This document shows positions 53,871 through 64,000 of a DNA stretch of 64,000 nt, one piece after another (the first letter of the stretch is position 1; the number at the start of each line of letters is the position of its first letter). A program made the position numbers and the translations under genes. The DNA comes from Haliotis rufescens. Taxonomy: Eukaryota. The notes beneath the pieces are model-generated. The model had not been told where the DNA came from and made no database searches. It saw only the letters and a program-made list of their open reading frames with translations. Location: NCBI RefSeq assembly GCF_023055435.1, contig NW_025963857.1, positions 9,424,001 through 9,488,000 of the forward strand. Reading direction: 5' to 3'.

Positions 53871-54043
53871 CATTAGCCTATCAACATTTTTTTCAAGCTA
53901 AAATGTCCTGTCATTAATGATTCTTCGTAACTTGTTACTCATAACCCATGTCTATTTGAGTATGGTATGTAAATGACACACCCTACCTCAGTATGTGCCG
54001 CATATCTCGGCGGACACACACAATTCGCGGTATGGTTTTGTTT

Positions 54044-54310
54044 TTTTGGTTGGTTGGTTTGTTTCACACTACATTCAGCAATATTCAAGCTATATGACGG
54101 CGGTCTGTAAATAATTGAGTCTGGACCAGACAATCCAGTGATTGATATCATGAGCATCGATCCACGCAATTGGGATCGATGACATGCATCAACCAAGTCA
54201 GCGAGCCTGACCACCCGATCTCGTTAGTCGTCTTTTACGACAAGCATAGTCGCCTTTTACGGCAAGAATGGGTTGCTGAAGACTTATTCTAACCCGGATC
54301 TTCCCGGGTC
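54044..54310 (-). mobile_element. Family B copy
   Basis: Full length; source of spurious ORF 53939-54214. Confidence 0.9.
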
Positions 54311-54998
54311 GGGTCGAAGCGCTGGTACAATGTAGAATGCTGTGGTGGACAGTTTGTTACAAGAAGTGTGTAGCAGTTACCTCCATTGAACGTTGACAAA
54401 CATGGCAAGCGAGGTTGTTCAAGGTGTTTCGGGATGAGACAGTTTCTAGAAAGCTGGTTGTACCTATATAAAAGCGACACGAAGGCGACAAGAGACCCTG
54501 TTCACCCTGCCTTGTGTCTTATCTACTATTTGAAAATACAGAATCCCTGCCTGCTTCCAACACTATTCGGAATTCAAAAACAGACCTGTTTCAGGACATT
54601 TGACAGTGACAAAATCATTGGCTACCACTGACAATCACACCAAACACATCTTCAACAATCTATACTGCCTCATAACAAAGGTGTGAAGCCCAGTTCTGAT
54701 GTTCCCTACACTGACATAGCTTGACTATTGCAGCGGAAAAGCCAACTCCTTCACTGATAGTAGTGTCACGTGTCTCAACTGTCGACATAATACGAACAAT
54801 ATGACACATCGTAGTTTTTTTGTGTGAAACAAACAAAGACAAGTGTCTACTGGTTGTCGATTGAGTGAGTGCACATTGCTTAATCCTGTATGGTGCGTCA
54901 CACATTACCACAATATCAGAACAAAATCGGCAACTGATGGTCTGTAAATATTTGAAATATAGGTTGTCAGTTGTGGGATCCCCTTGGTATAAACAATA

Positions 54999-55537
54999 CG
55001 AGGGGTGGTAATAAAGTTCTAAGCCTCAGTAACTTTCAACTATGGGCCTTACATAGTGAACTTGTCGATGTGGTACATTGTTTGAGTAGTTCATTTCAAG
55101 TGTATTTGGTCTGTTGAGGCCGTTTGTTTAATAGTGACATCCAGTTGGACGTGATAGGGGTCCAAATCGACACAGAAATGGAGTACCGAGCAGTCATCAA
55201 GTTATTGACTAAAGGGAAAAGTATTCTCCAAGAAATCAATGACCGCGTGTCACAAGTGTATGGGGACAAGTGCCCTAACTATTCCACTGTTAAATGTTGG
55301 GCAGCTATGTTTAAGGCTGGGAGAACCAGCCTTGATGAATGGCACTATTCCAGTTCTCCAGCACCAAAAACATTCAAGTCGGTAAAGAAATTCATGGCCA
55401 CTGTGTTCTGGGGTGCAAAGGGTATGATCCTTGTTGATTACTTAGAAAGTCAAAAGACCATTACTGATGCCTCTTCGCACACCTCTTGACTTGGCAAGGC
55501 TGCTGTGCGACAATGTGGATTCAAAGAGCTTCCTCTG
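54999..55537 (+). pseudogene. Decayed mariner element: left TIR plus internally deleted transposase
   Basis: TA|CGAGGGGTGGTAATAAAGTT terminus; EYRAVIK..VYGDKCPNYSTVKCW...FKAGRTSLDE (HTH), KFMATVFWGAKGMILVDYLE, AAVRQCGFKELP. Confidence 0.88.
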
Positions 55538-55658
55538 ACTAACATGTTTGAACCAGCGAGCTAGCTGTCCTGGTATCTGAACCTGTTTGAGCCAACAGGC
55601 TAGTTAACCCCAGTGCCTGAATCTGTTTGAATCAACGGGCCAGCTGTACTGGTGTTTA

Positions 55659-55820
55659 TGTGAGTGAGTGAATTTGGTTTTACACCATTTTTAGCAACGT
55701 TCCAGCAATCATGCCAGGGAACACCAGAAATGGGCTTCACACATTGTACCCATGTGGGGAATCAAACCAAGTTCTACGGCATTACGAGTGAAAGCTTTAA
55801 CCACTAGGCTACCAACCCAC
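55659..55820 (-). mobile_element. SINE family A
   Basis: Full-length similarity; CTGGTGTTT near both ends. Confidence 0.82.
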
Positions 55821-56925
55821 TGGTCCCCTGGTGTTTGAACAACTTTGAGTCATGTATTACCTGTCCTAGGTCCACTTGCTCAAAGTGATCTTAGCACTAC
55901 AATGATCATAACTCCCATACCTTAACATAGACTCACTATAGCCATACAACTAAGAATGCCTTGTACCAGATGGCCCTGGCCTAAATCCAATCTACCAGGA
56001 ACCACCCCACTGAATCACTGCCTAGCTGTCCTGGTGTAAGTCTGAATGACAGAGTAGTCATGGGCTTGGTGTTCTAGAGTAATTCTGAACAAGCATGAAA
56101 TACTCATATCCCCCCGCCAACATGACATGTCCGGTTGTGTGCAATGTATTAGCTCCTGTGAACTATGTTCACTGGACCTTTTTGTAAATGGCCTGATTGC
56201 AGCACTAAAAAAGTTATTACTGGTGTTGTTTTGCCTTCTGCAGTTTATGATAGAATACGTAACTGTATTTGTAATGAGTTGTGTTATTACTTAAATAAAA
56301 TTCTAAAATTCATGAATAGCAAAACGCAACAATTCAGCATGTGTCTGATAGATGTGGAAAATTTCATCTGGAATCGAACACCACCAACACCAAGTCCAAC
56401 TTGTTGCCATGGAAACGTAAAAAATGAACATTTTTAAAATTCCTAAATGGCAAAAGGCACCAGTTCACCATGAGACTGATAGACATGCAAAGTTTCATTA
56501 TGGAAATATTTAACGGTTTCTGAGTTATGCTCCGTAAACGGTCTCAGGACGCACACACACACGGATGCATGGACAGACCCTATTTCAATATCCCCTGCCA
56601 ACCTCGTTGGGGCAGGGGATAACTATCTGGTAGAGTTAGACAGATGGGAATACCGGTATTAGTCTCTTAGTCACTGCATAGCTGTCCTGTCCTTTACATT
56701 TTGAGCAATATGTACATGTTGAAAGTCGTACGTGGTGGTACTTTCGAGTTTATTAGTACAAACAACCTAACACACACCTATCTCCACATATATCTGGTTT
56801 GTTTAAGGTTAGTATTAAAACTTGACTCACACCAAACTAAAACACAGTCAATGCTCTATTTCATGACTCACATGTACAATGGCTTCCACCAAAGTGACAA
56901 GCTAAGGCATATATTCAATTAGATA

Positions 56926-56931
56926 TTTATT
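56926..56931 (-). promoter_or_regulatory. Candidate OSGEP polyadenylation signal (AATAAA)
   Basis: AATAAA on the minus strand about 350 nt past the stop, just after a 3'UTR SINE; a second one lies at 56749-56754. Confidence 0.45.
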
Positions 56932-56967
56932 TACAGTTTCCTATGTACAAAGCATATGACATGATCT

Positions 56968-57247
56968 GACCCGGGAAGATTCGGGGTAGAATAGGTCTTC
57001 AGCAACACATGCTTGCCGTAAAAGGCGACTATGCTTGTCGTAAAAGGCGACTAACGGGATCGTGTGGTCAGGCTCGCTGACTTGGTTGATGCATGTCATC
57101 GATTCCAATTGCGTGGAACGATGCTCATGATATTAATCACTGGATTGTCTGGTCCAGATTCGATTATTTACAGACTGCCGTCATATAGCTTGAATATTGC
57201 TGAGTGCGGCTATAAAGAACACACCAACCAACCAACCAACCAACCAA
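56968..57247 (+). mobile_element. Family B copy in the OSGEP 3'UTR (antisense)
   Basis: Full length, ends about 35 nt from the OSGEP stop codon. Confidence 0.9.
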
Positions 57248-57281
57248 AGTCTGATCTCTAGCATGTCACTGCTCAGTGCCA

Positions 57282-57321
57282 TCATTGCCTCCAGGTCACC
57301 TCAACTTCGTCTGTTCGAAAC
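57282..57321 (-). CDS. OSGEP: OSGEP terminal coding exon
   Basis: tttcag|G FRTDEVEVTWRQ TGA; matches the conserved RTDEVEVTWR C-terminus. Confidence 0.96.
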
Positions 57322-57372
57322 CTGAAATATCATTGAAACCAGCCTTCATTATAGACACGTCGGATTCCAGAA

Positions 57373-58240
57373 AGTGAGTGAGGGAGTTTGGTTAACACCA
57401 CTTTTAACAGTAGGACTGGCTATAGATACAGATCATGGAGATCGATAATCGCCAACTAAATATCGATCCATTTTTGATAAATATCGGAGAAGTAACTTTG
57501 AGCAAACAAGCAAAAAACTCTGACAGAAATCAACATCCTTCATACCACTGGTGAATGGTGACACATTTATACATGGATTACTTTTGTGGACATTTAAGTT
57601 ATAACAAAAACACTTGCTTTGCGTCTTTGGCAATTGACATGATTGATAATAGCAAGTCTGTTTTGGTAAAGTTCATTACAATTTTTTACGTAAGATATTA
57701 TCGATGATACAATTTTTGTATCGATAATCGTTAATATTTCTTTCCATCAACGATAATTCTGATTATCTATCTTTTTAGCCAGCCCTATTTAACAGTATTT
57801 TAGTTATATCATGGCATGTCAGCTTAATGTGAGAGAAAAGACTGATGCAGGTCAAAGACAATTACCACTTTAGCAAAACCTAAAGTACAGGTTTGGTGCT
57901 GACAACACAAGGGACATAATCAGCATAATTGATCCTGATTTCTGGCACGACTAAGGGATGGATGTCTGCACAGTGAATCACGAGAGTGAGTTGGGTTTAA
58001 CATTGCTTTTAACAGTATTCCAGTTATATCGCAGCGTGTCAGCTTAATGTGGGAGGAAAGCCCGAAGTGATGCAGGTCTCAGACGTTTACCACTTCGTTG
58101 AAACCCACGAGCACGTGTTGGTGCCGACAAACCTAGAAACATAATCTGGGCGAACTGGGATTCGAACCCACAATCCTAGGTTTCTGGCATGCCCAAGTGA
58201 CGCAACTCTGCACAGTGAATCGCGGCGACTTACGGATGAC
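57373..58240 (-). mobile_element. Two adjacent SINE family C copies (57373-57982, split by a MITE; 57983-58240)
   Basis: Family C core gtcagcttaatgtg occurs twice. Confidence 0.85.
57411..57787. mobile_element. hAT-type MITE nested in SINE family C
   Basis: TIR TAGG(A/G)CTGGCTA; perfect 8-bp TSD TTTAACAG; ATCGAT subterminal motifs. Confidence 0.87.
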
Positions 58241-58528
58241 ACCACAAAGTATGACTTACACCTGACAATACAAAGTTCCAGAAACCATTACATCTGTTAT
58301 AAAGAGTACCCCCCCGGGGTAAGACTTTTCCAGAATAATATCCTCTGTTACAATGTATACTGACGACACTTTAAAAACGCATTTTCAAATGTTTGTAATA
58401 TTTAGCAAGTTGGACACAAAAATGAAATTAAGTTCTTTTACATGAGATTATCAAACGACAACAATGTTGTCATACAGTTTTGAATCCCCATTTGATGTGT
58501 TTTGAGATGTACTGCCAAAATCAATATA

Positions 58529-58845
58529 CTGTATTCGACGTAAAAAGCGTCCTGCTCTTATAAGTGTCCATTGCTAGTGAACAATCCCAATTAGCACCCC
58601 TTCCAATTGATCAATGTACAAAAGACATATTCATTCATGTATAATACACACTCGTGTGTTATATGCACACTTAATCATGGGCAATTAAATTCTGGAAAAA
58701 CATATTTGTCTTATGTAAACATTTCAGGCTGTCAGCATAAACCATGAAAAATTTCAACTGTTTTATTCACCAAAATAATATTCTAATAAGAGCCTCCTAA
58801 TTCTAGTTTTGAGAGTGCCCTGGGCGCTTATTACGTCGAATAAGG
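58529..58845. mobile_element. Second copy of the 19485 MITE, opposite orientation
   Basis: Same TIRs and internal sequence, TA flanks. Confidence 0.88.
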
Positions 58846-58933
58846 TATGTTCATGCAACAATTTGTGAGATTTTCATAAATCTATGGATCTAAGACATTT
58901 CTGGGACATGTAATCTAAGACAGCCTTTCCTAC

Positions 58934-59032
58934 CTCTGGGTGCAACTGGTTTCGTTTAGCGGAGTTGTCTGCCCGGCTTTAAACATCTCCCACCCGGCCT
59001 GGGCAATCATGGCACCATTGTCTATACAGAAG
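58934..59032 (-). CDS. OSGEP: OSGEP penultimate coding exon (DNGAM motif)
   Basis: ttgcag|[32 protein letters not shown](R)|gtagga; 99 nt, phase 2 to 2. Confidence 0.96.
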
Positions 59033-59842
59033 CTGCAAACACAGATATTCTGCTTTAGTGAGCGAACGAGTTTGCTTTAAAGGAGATTGAAAAAAAATAA
59101 TTTAAATATGGTAAATAGTCATCCATGTTTACACTGTGACAGGCTAGTGGAGAGCCATCCATCATTTTCTTTTGTTCACAGTTCATTAACCTCCATAACA
59201 ATGAGGTGATTATCCATTATTCTCGACGTATTGAAGATGCAAAATGGGGTTTGTGTTGCGTGGGGGTGTAATAGTTCTTTCAATAACAGTACCAAGTGTC
59301 ATTCCTTGACATTTCCAAGCAAAACATCTGAGGCGTCTGTCTATGAGAGATCCACACAAACTAAAAGAACTTGATTACACAAATACGCAGTTCTGGGACC
59401 ACTTGCACAAAGCGTTCTAGGCGCTACGACTATCGTAAGTCTATGTTAAAGTATGCAAGTAACAATCATCATAGTGCTAAGATCGCTTTGCGCATGTGGA
59501 CCCAGACTTAATTGGTACACCATAGGTAGTTTTGTCAGTAATAGCTACAGCTCAACTCCATACTGAAATGCCACCTAAAGCTTCATCCAACAGCTATGAA
59601 CATGTTGTAGCTACAAGGTTATCGTCAAGTCTCTACAGCTTTAGCTACATTCCTTCTCTGATTCAAAACAGAGTTTATTATTTGTCTATGACCATGTAAT
59701 AATGATGTACTTTGGCAAGAATACCTAGCCGGTTTCACGCATTGAGATGTAGAAACGCCTACTTGTGCCACAGAATTGACAAACTTGGGTAAATTTGAGT
59801 ATTCTGATTTTACTTACGGTACATTTCAGAATACAGACATGT

Positions 59843-60070
59843 CCTAGATCTGGGTTAGAATAAATCTTCAGAAACCCATGACTATCGTAAGAGGCGACTA
59901 ACAGAATTGGATGGGCAGACTCACTGACCTGGTTGATGCATGTCAATTAATTGTGTAGAATGATGCTCATGGTGTCAATCACTAGATTGTCTAGTTAAAT
60001 ATTTACAGACCGCCATCATATAGCTGGAATATTGCTGAGTGCACAATAAACAACAAACAAACAAACAAAA
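59843..60070 (+). mobile_element. Family B copy, degenerate
   Basis: atcgtaagaggcgactaac...gctggaatattgctgagtgc + (AAAC)n. Confidence 0.8.
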
Positions 60071-60283
60071 CCTCACAATCTTAGATTACCAAGTTATTTG
60101 AGAAAAAGACTATACTGTGAGAATTCATATCTAATTTTCATCTTCATTACGCTGTCTATTAACCTAAAGGAATTAAACAAGATTTTTGTTCAAATGTTCA
60201 GAATTAGAGATGACCACCCCAGTCACTGCTGGTCCACAGAGAGAAGGCACATGCTTCAAGGGAGCTAACTCTTGTACACACAC

Positions 60284-60359
60284 CTCTGATCTGTAGCATA
60301 CAGAATTGCCTCCCTTTCTTCAGCCATCTTCTCCATCATGTCTTGAAGTCGTTTATTGC
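60284..60359 (-). CDS. OSGEP: OSGEP internal exon
   Basis: cttcag|NKRLQDMMEKMAEEREAILYATDQ(S)|gtgtgt; 76 nt, phase 1 to 2. Confidence 0.94.
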
Positions 60360-60460
60360 CTGAAGCAGAAGAAGGGCAGACCTAAGGTACTGATACCAGA
60401 GCGACTTGAATATGTCTGAAGACGAAATGTATGCAAATTTTTCCTGCTTCATGAAGAAGG

Positions 60461-60604
60461 AGGGCGGTAGGGTAGCCTTGTGGTTAAAGCATTTGCTCGT
60501 CACGCCGAAGATCCGGGTTCAATTCTTGACATGGGTACAATGTGTGAAGCCCATTTCTGGTGTCCCCAGTAATGATATTGCTTGAATATTGCTAAAAGCT
60601 TCAT
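60461..60604 (+). mobile_element. SINE family A, tail interrupted by a MITE (resumes at about 61193-61221)
   Basis: A/B boxes and core; tail remnant found after the MITE. Confidence 0.85.
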
Positions 60605-61192
60605 CAATCTCATTAAAATCATATCTTAGTTCTCGCTATCGCTAAAAAAAGATCTAAGGACATCCCATTACAGTCACGCCAGAACGACCTTTCATCTGAC
60701 CAATCAGAGCATCGCTTACCAGATCGTGAAAGTGACAAGTCGGAATGTGTTTTATGATCAAGCAGCCTCAAAAACGTTAATACGGGGTATTTCGAACGAC
60801 AGTTACGGCCCATACGACTGATTCCATCAAAATTACTGTCTATCTCTCGCTTCTGTGGGATAAACATTTGATCGGAGGAGGCGTTGCAGAGAACGTGGAA
60901 AGCACTGCCATACAATCTCAACCATATATTAGACATTCCAGTTCATTTTTCAAAATTTTAATCAAAGACTTTGTCAACATTTATTTCAAGCGTCGACAAG
61001 TCAACAAGTTGAAACGAGTGCTGTAAAGGCTCGAGAAAGCTGCTTTCTAATTGGCTGATGTTGACTTCTTGTTAATAATTTCAGTGGTCGGTCAAAGTTC
61101 ACGAAAGGTCGTTCTGACGTGACCCATAATGGGAAGTCCTCAAATCTTTGTTTAGCGGCAGCGAGAACTTAGATCTGATTTTAATGAGATTG
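60605..61192. mobile_element. Longer copy of the 38972 MITE, nested in a SINE A tail
   Basis: Same TIRs and internal sequence; imperfect 10-bp TSD AAAGCTTCAT/AAACCTGCAT. Confidence 0.86.
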
Positions 61193-61587
61193 AAACCTGC
61201 ATAAAATTATATTCACCCACTGATGAAGAAGGGCACTTTCCAACCCAGAGTTCCTTATGGTCAACCTAGTACACATCTCACACAGTCCATTCAACAAATT
61301 ACATGTTTTTCATCTGTTTCATTTTTGAAAAGTCTACACATGAAGATATACATAGGTCTTGAAATGGTGAATAGTGAAACAATGAGAAAATATCTGTCAA
61401 TGTGAAAACCTTTTTCCAGTTGAGTATTTTCAGTGCAGACATTAAACCCCTATACATAACTGGTGATACGGTCACTTTAATGTGTAAAGATATATTGTCA
61501 TCCTCCGTGTCATAGTTACAGTAATATATACCAATAATCATGCAAAAAAATCTTTCAAACCCATTGAAATGCTTCCATTAGGCAAAT

Positions 61588-62240
61588 AACTGGATTGTCT
61601 GGTCCAGATGCGATTATTTACAGACCGCCGTCACATAGCTGGAATATTGCTGAGTGCGGTGTTAAACAAAAAATAAACAAACTGATTTCAGGACAAGTCA
61701 GCAAGATCTTCAGCTGCCTGTGAATAAGCAGACGACACAAACCAGTGACTAAAAGCATGAGCAACAACACACGCCATCAGGCACGATGACATGCAGTCAA
61801 CCAAGTCTCCCAATCAGACCTCAGATCCCCTTAAGAAGCTCTTCAGACAAGCATGGGATCCTGGGGACCTATTCTTCCCCGAAATCCCCTCAAGGGTATT
61901 TCTACACCCTTATATCCAAGAAGATACCACAATGTTGAACAATGTGAAACATGGTCAGAACAAGGTGAGAAACTCACGATGCGCACCTACTTCTGGAATC
62001 TGTGGGATTTCCAAGTTAGACTAGGTCCCCAGCAACCTATGCTTGTCATAAGAGGCGACTAAGAAGGTCAGCTGGTCAGGATCGGTAACTTGATTATTTG
62101 CATCGTATCATCATATCCCAATTGTATGGCTTGATGCTCATGATGACAATCACTGGATTGTCTCAACCAGACTCAATTATCTGCAGACCACTGTCACATA
62201 GCAGGGATATTGCTGAGTGCAACATTAAACAGCAAACAGT
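61588..62240. mobile_element. Cluster of family B fragments (61588-61682 plus, about 61700-61880 minus, 62024-62240 plus)
   Basis: Segmental similarity to family B. Confidence 0.7.
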
Positions 62241-62392
62241 TAGGACAAGCATGGGATATTGGAAACCCATTCTTCCCTGGAATCATCACAGGGATATTTC
62301 TACATCATTTTCCCTTATGAATACAAGCCAGTGTTAGAAATATTACTACTATGGCAAGTAACATGAAACATGGTGAGAAGGTCAAGACTCAC

Positions 62393-62449
62393 AGCCAACT
62401 CCTCCCACAATCAACACCTCCTCGGACCTGCAGTGTGCCATGGCTCGCT
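62393..62449 (-). CDS. OSGEP: OSGEP internal exon
   Basis: ttgcag|RAMAHCRSEEVLIVGGVG(C)|gtgagt; 57 nt, phase 1 to 1. Confidence 0.95.
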
Positions 62450-62589
62450 CTGCAATACACACAGCACTGGTTATAGGAAAAGTACCACATGCTCAAATAT
62501 TCAGATGCAGGTCCTGCTCCTCAGTATCATAAACAATGTGCCATTACTGTTACAGAAACACATCACATGATTAAAAATTTAAGTAATCT

Positions 62590-63616
62590 CTAATCTCGAC
62601 CTGGGATGGATTAGTCTCACCTGCAATCTGCACCTGGGGACGAATTAGTCTCACCTGTAATCAGCCCCTGGGGATGGATTAGTCTTACTTGTAATCTACA
62701 CCTGAGGACTGATGAACCTCACCTGTAATCTGCACCTGGGGATGGAGTAGACTCATCTGTAATCTCCACCTGAGGACTGATGAATCTCACCTGTAATCTG
62801 CACCTGAGGAAGGATTAGTCTCACATGAAATCTCTACCTGGGATGGATTAGTCTCACCTGTAATCTCCACCTTGGGACAGGTAAGTCTCACCTGTAATCT
62901 CCACCTGGGGACAGGTAAGTCTCACCTGTAATCTGCACCTGGGGACAAATTAGTCTCACCTGTAATTTTCACCAGGGTACAGATTAGTCTCACTTGTAAT
63001 CTGCACCTAAGGACTGATGAACCTCACCTGTAATCTGCACCTTGGTACGGATTTGTCTCACCTGTAATCAGCACCTGTGGATGGATTAGTCTCACTTGTA
63101 ATCTGCACCTGGAGACTCAAGAACCTCACCTGTAATCACCATGTGGGACACATTAGTCTCACCTGTAATCTGCACCTGAGGACTGTTGAACCTCACCTAT
63201 AATCTGCACTTGGGGATGTATTAGTCTCACTAGTAATCAGCACCTGGTGACAGATTAGTCTCACCTATAATCAGCACCTGGGGATTGATGAACTTTACCT
63301 GTAATCTGCACCTGAGGACTGATGAACCTCACTTGTAATCTGCACCTGGGGACGGATTAGTCTCACTTGTAATCGGCATCTGGGGGCAGATTAGTTTCAC
63401 TTGTAATCTGCACCTGAGGACTGATGAACCTCACCTGTAATATGCACCTTTTGGACAGATTAGTCTCACCTGCAATCTGCACCTGAGAATGTATTATTCT
63501 CATCTGTTGTCTGCACCTTTTGGATAGTCTCACCTGTTATCTCCGCCTGAGAATGGATTAGACGCACCTGTAATCTGTATCTCGGGACGGATTAGCCTCA
63601 CCTGTTATCTCCACCA
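62590..63616. repeat. About 34-bp minisatellite derived from an OSGEP exon/intron donor junction, about 30 units
   Basis: CTCACCTGTAATCT(G/C)CACCTG...GATTAGT; the terminal unit is the real exon end (ctcac|ctgttatctccacc). Confidence 0.95.
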
Positions 63617-63701
63617 GCATAGCGAAGACAGTTTCCTGCAGGGAGAAACACAGGTCCTCTGGCGTGTACTCCCCCGCCTTGATCAGCTGCGGGGCTCGCT
63701 C
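63602..63701 (-). CDS. OSGEP: tRNA N6-adenosine threonylcarbamoyltransferase (KEOPS Kae1/OSGEP), internal exon; upstream exons lie outside the window
   Basis: atacag|[33 protein letters not shown](E)|gtgagg; [27 protein letters not shown] is the characteristic OSGEP segment. Confidence 0.96.
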
Positions 63702-64000
63702 CTGTATACACAGAGGCTACATGTGATGTCTCACCTCAGAACCAGGTACACATAAACATACACTGCGATGAACTGCATGTCAATCCATCCTGTCTATGAA
63801 AAAGATGGCTTGCACACCACAGATAAGAGCACATGCAAGTATCGTGATACATATCGGATCTTGAGTAAGGTATCTTGATACGTATCAGATCACACAGTTG
63901 ATCGTCCCAGCCCCACCGGTTTCCACCTTTGCCGAACTGGGCTAAGATTATGGAGTTATGTAAACAACATGGCGACTGCCATGTCGACTGCAGAATTTGC

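Overview
Eukaryotic animal genomic DNA, AT-rich, intron- and repeat-rich; the SINE repertoire looks mollusc-like, possibly gastropod (inference). It holds two spliced protein-coding genes, both on the minus strand. (1) A complete PPP1R16A/B-type (MYPT3/TIMAP) PP1 regulatory subunit: 10 coding exons from 38669 to 5553, 1878 nt = 625 aa, with a MyPhoNE-like motif, RVKF, ankyrin repeats and a C-terminal CCVIS CaaX box. (2) The last five coding exons of OSGEP/Kae1 (63701 to 57282); the gene starts beyond the right edge. All joins were checked by hand for GT-AG and phase. The rest is four short-retroposon families sharing one 3' tail, several MITE families with TSDs, decayed Tc1 and mariner transposase fragments, Penelope-like remnants, about a dozen minisatellites and one N gap. 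Most long ORFs in the track are minisatellite artefacts. The most unusual pattern is that three separate exon/intron donor junctions have each seeded a tandem array running into the intron. In OSGEP this gives about 30 copies of a unit carrying CTAAT, a pyrimidine run and CAG|GTGAG. Repeat coordinates are approximate unless a TSD is quoted.
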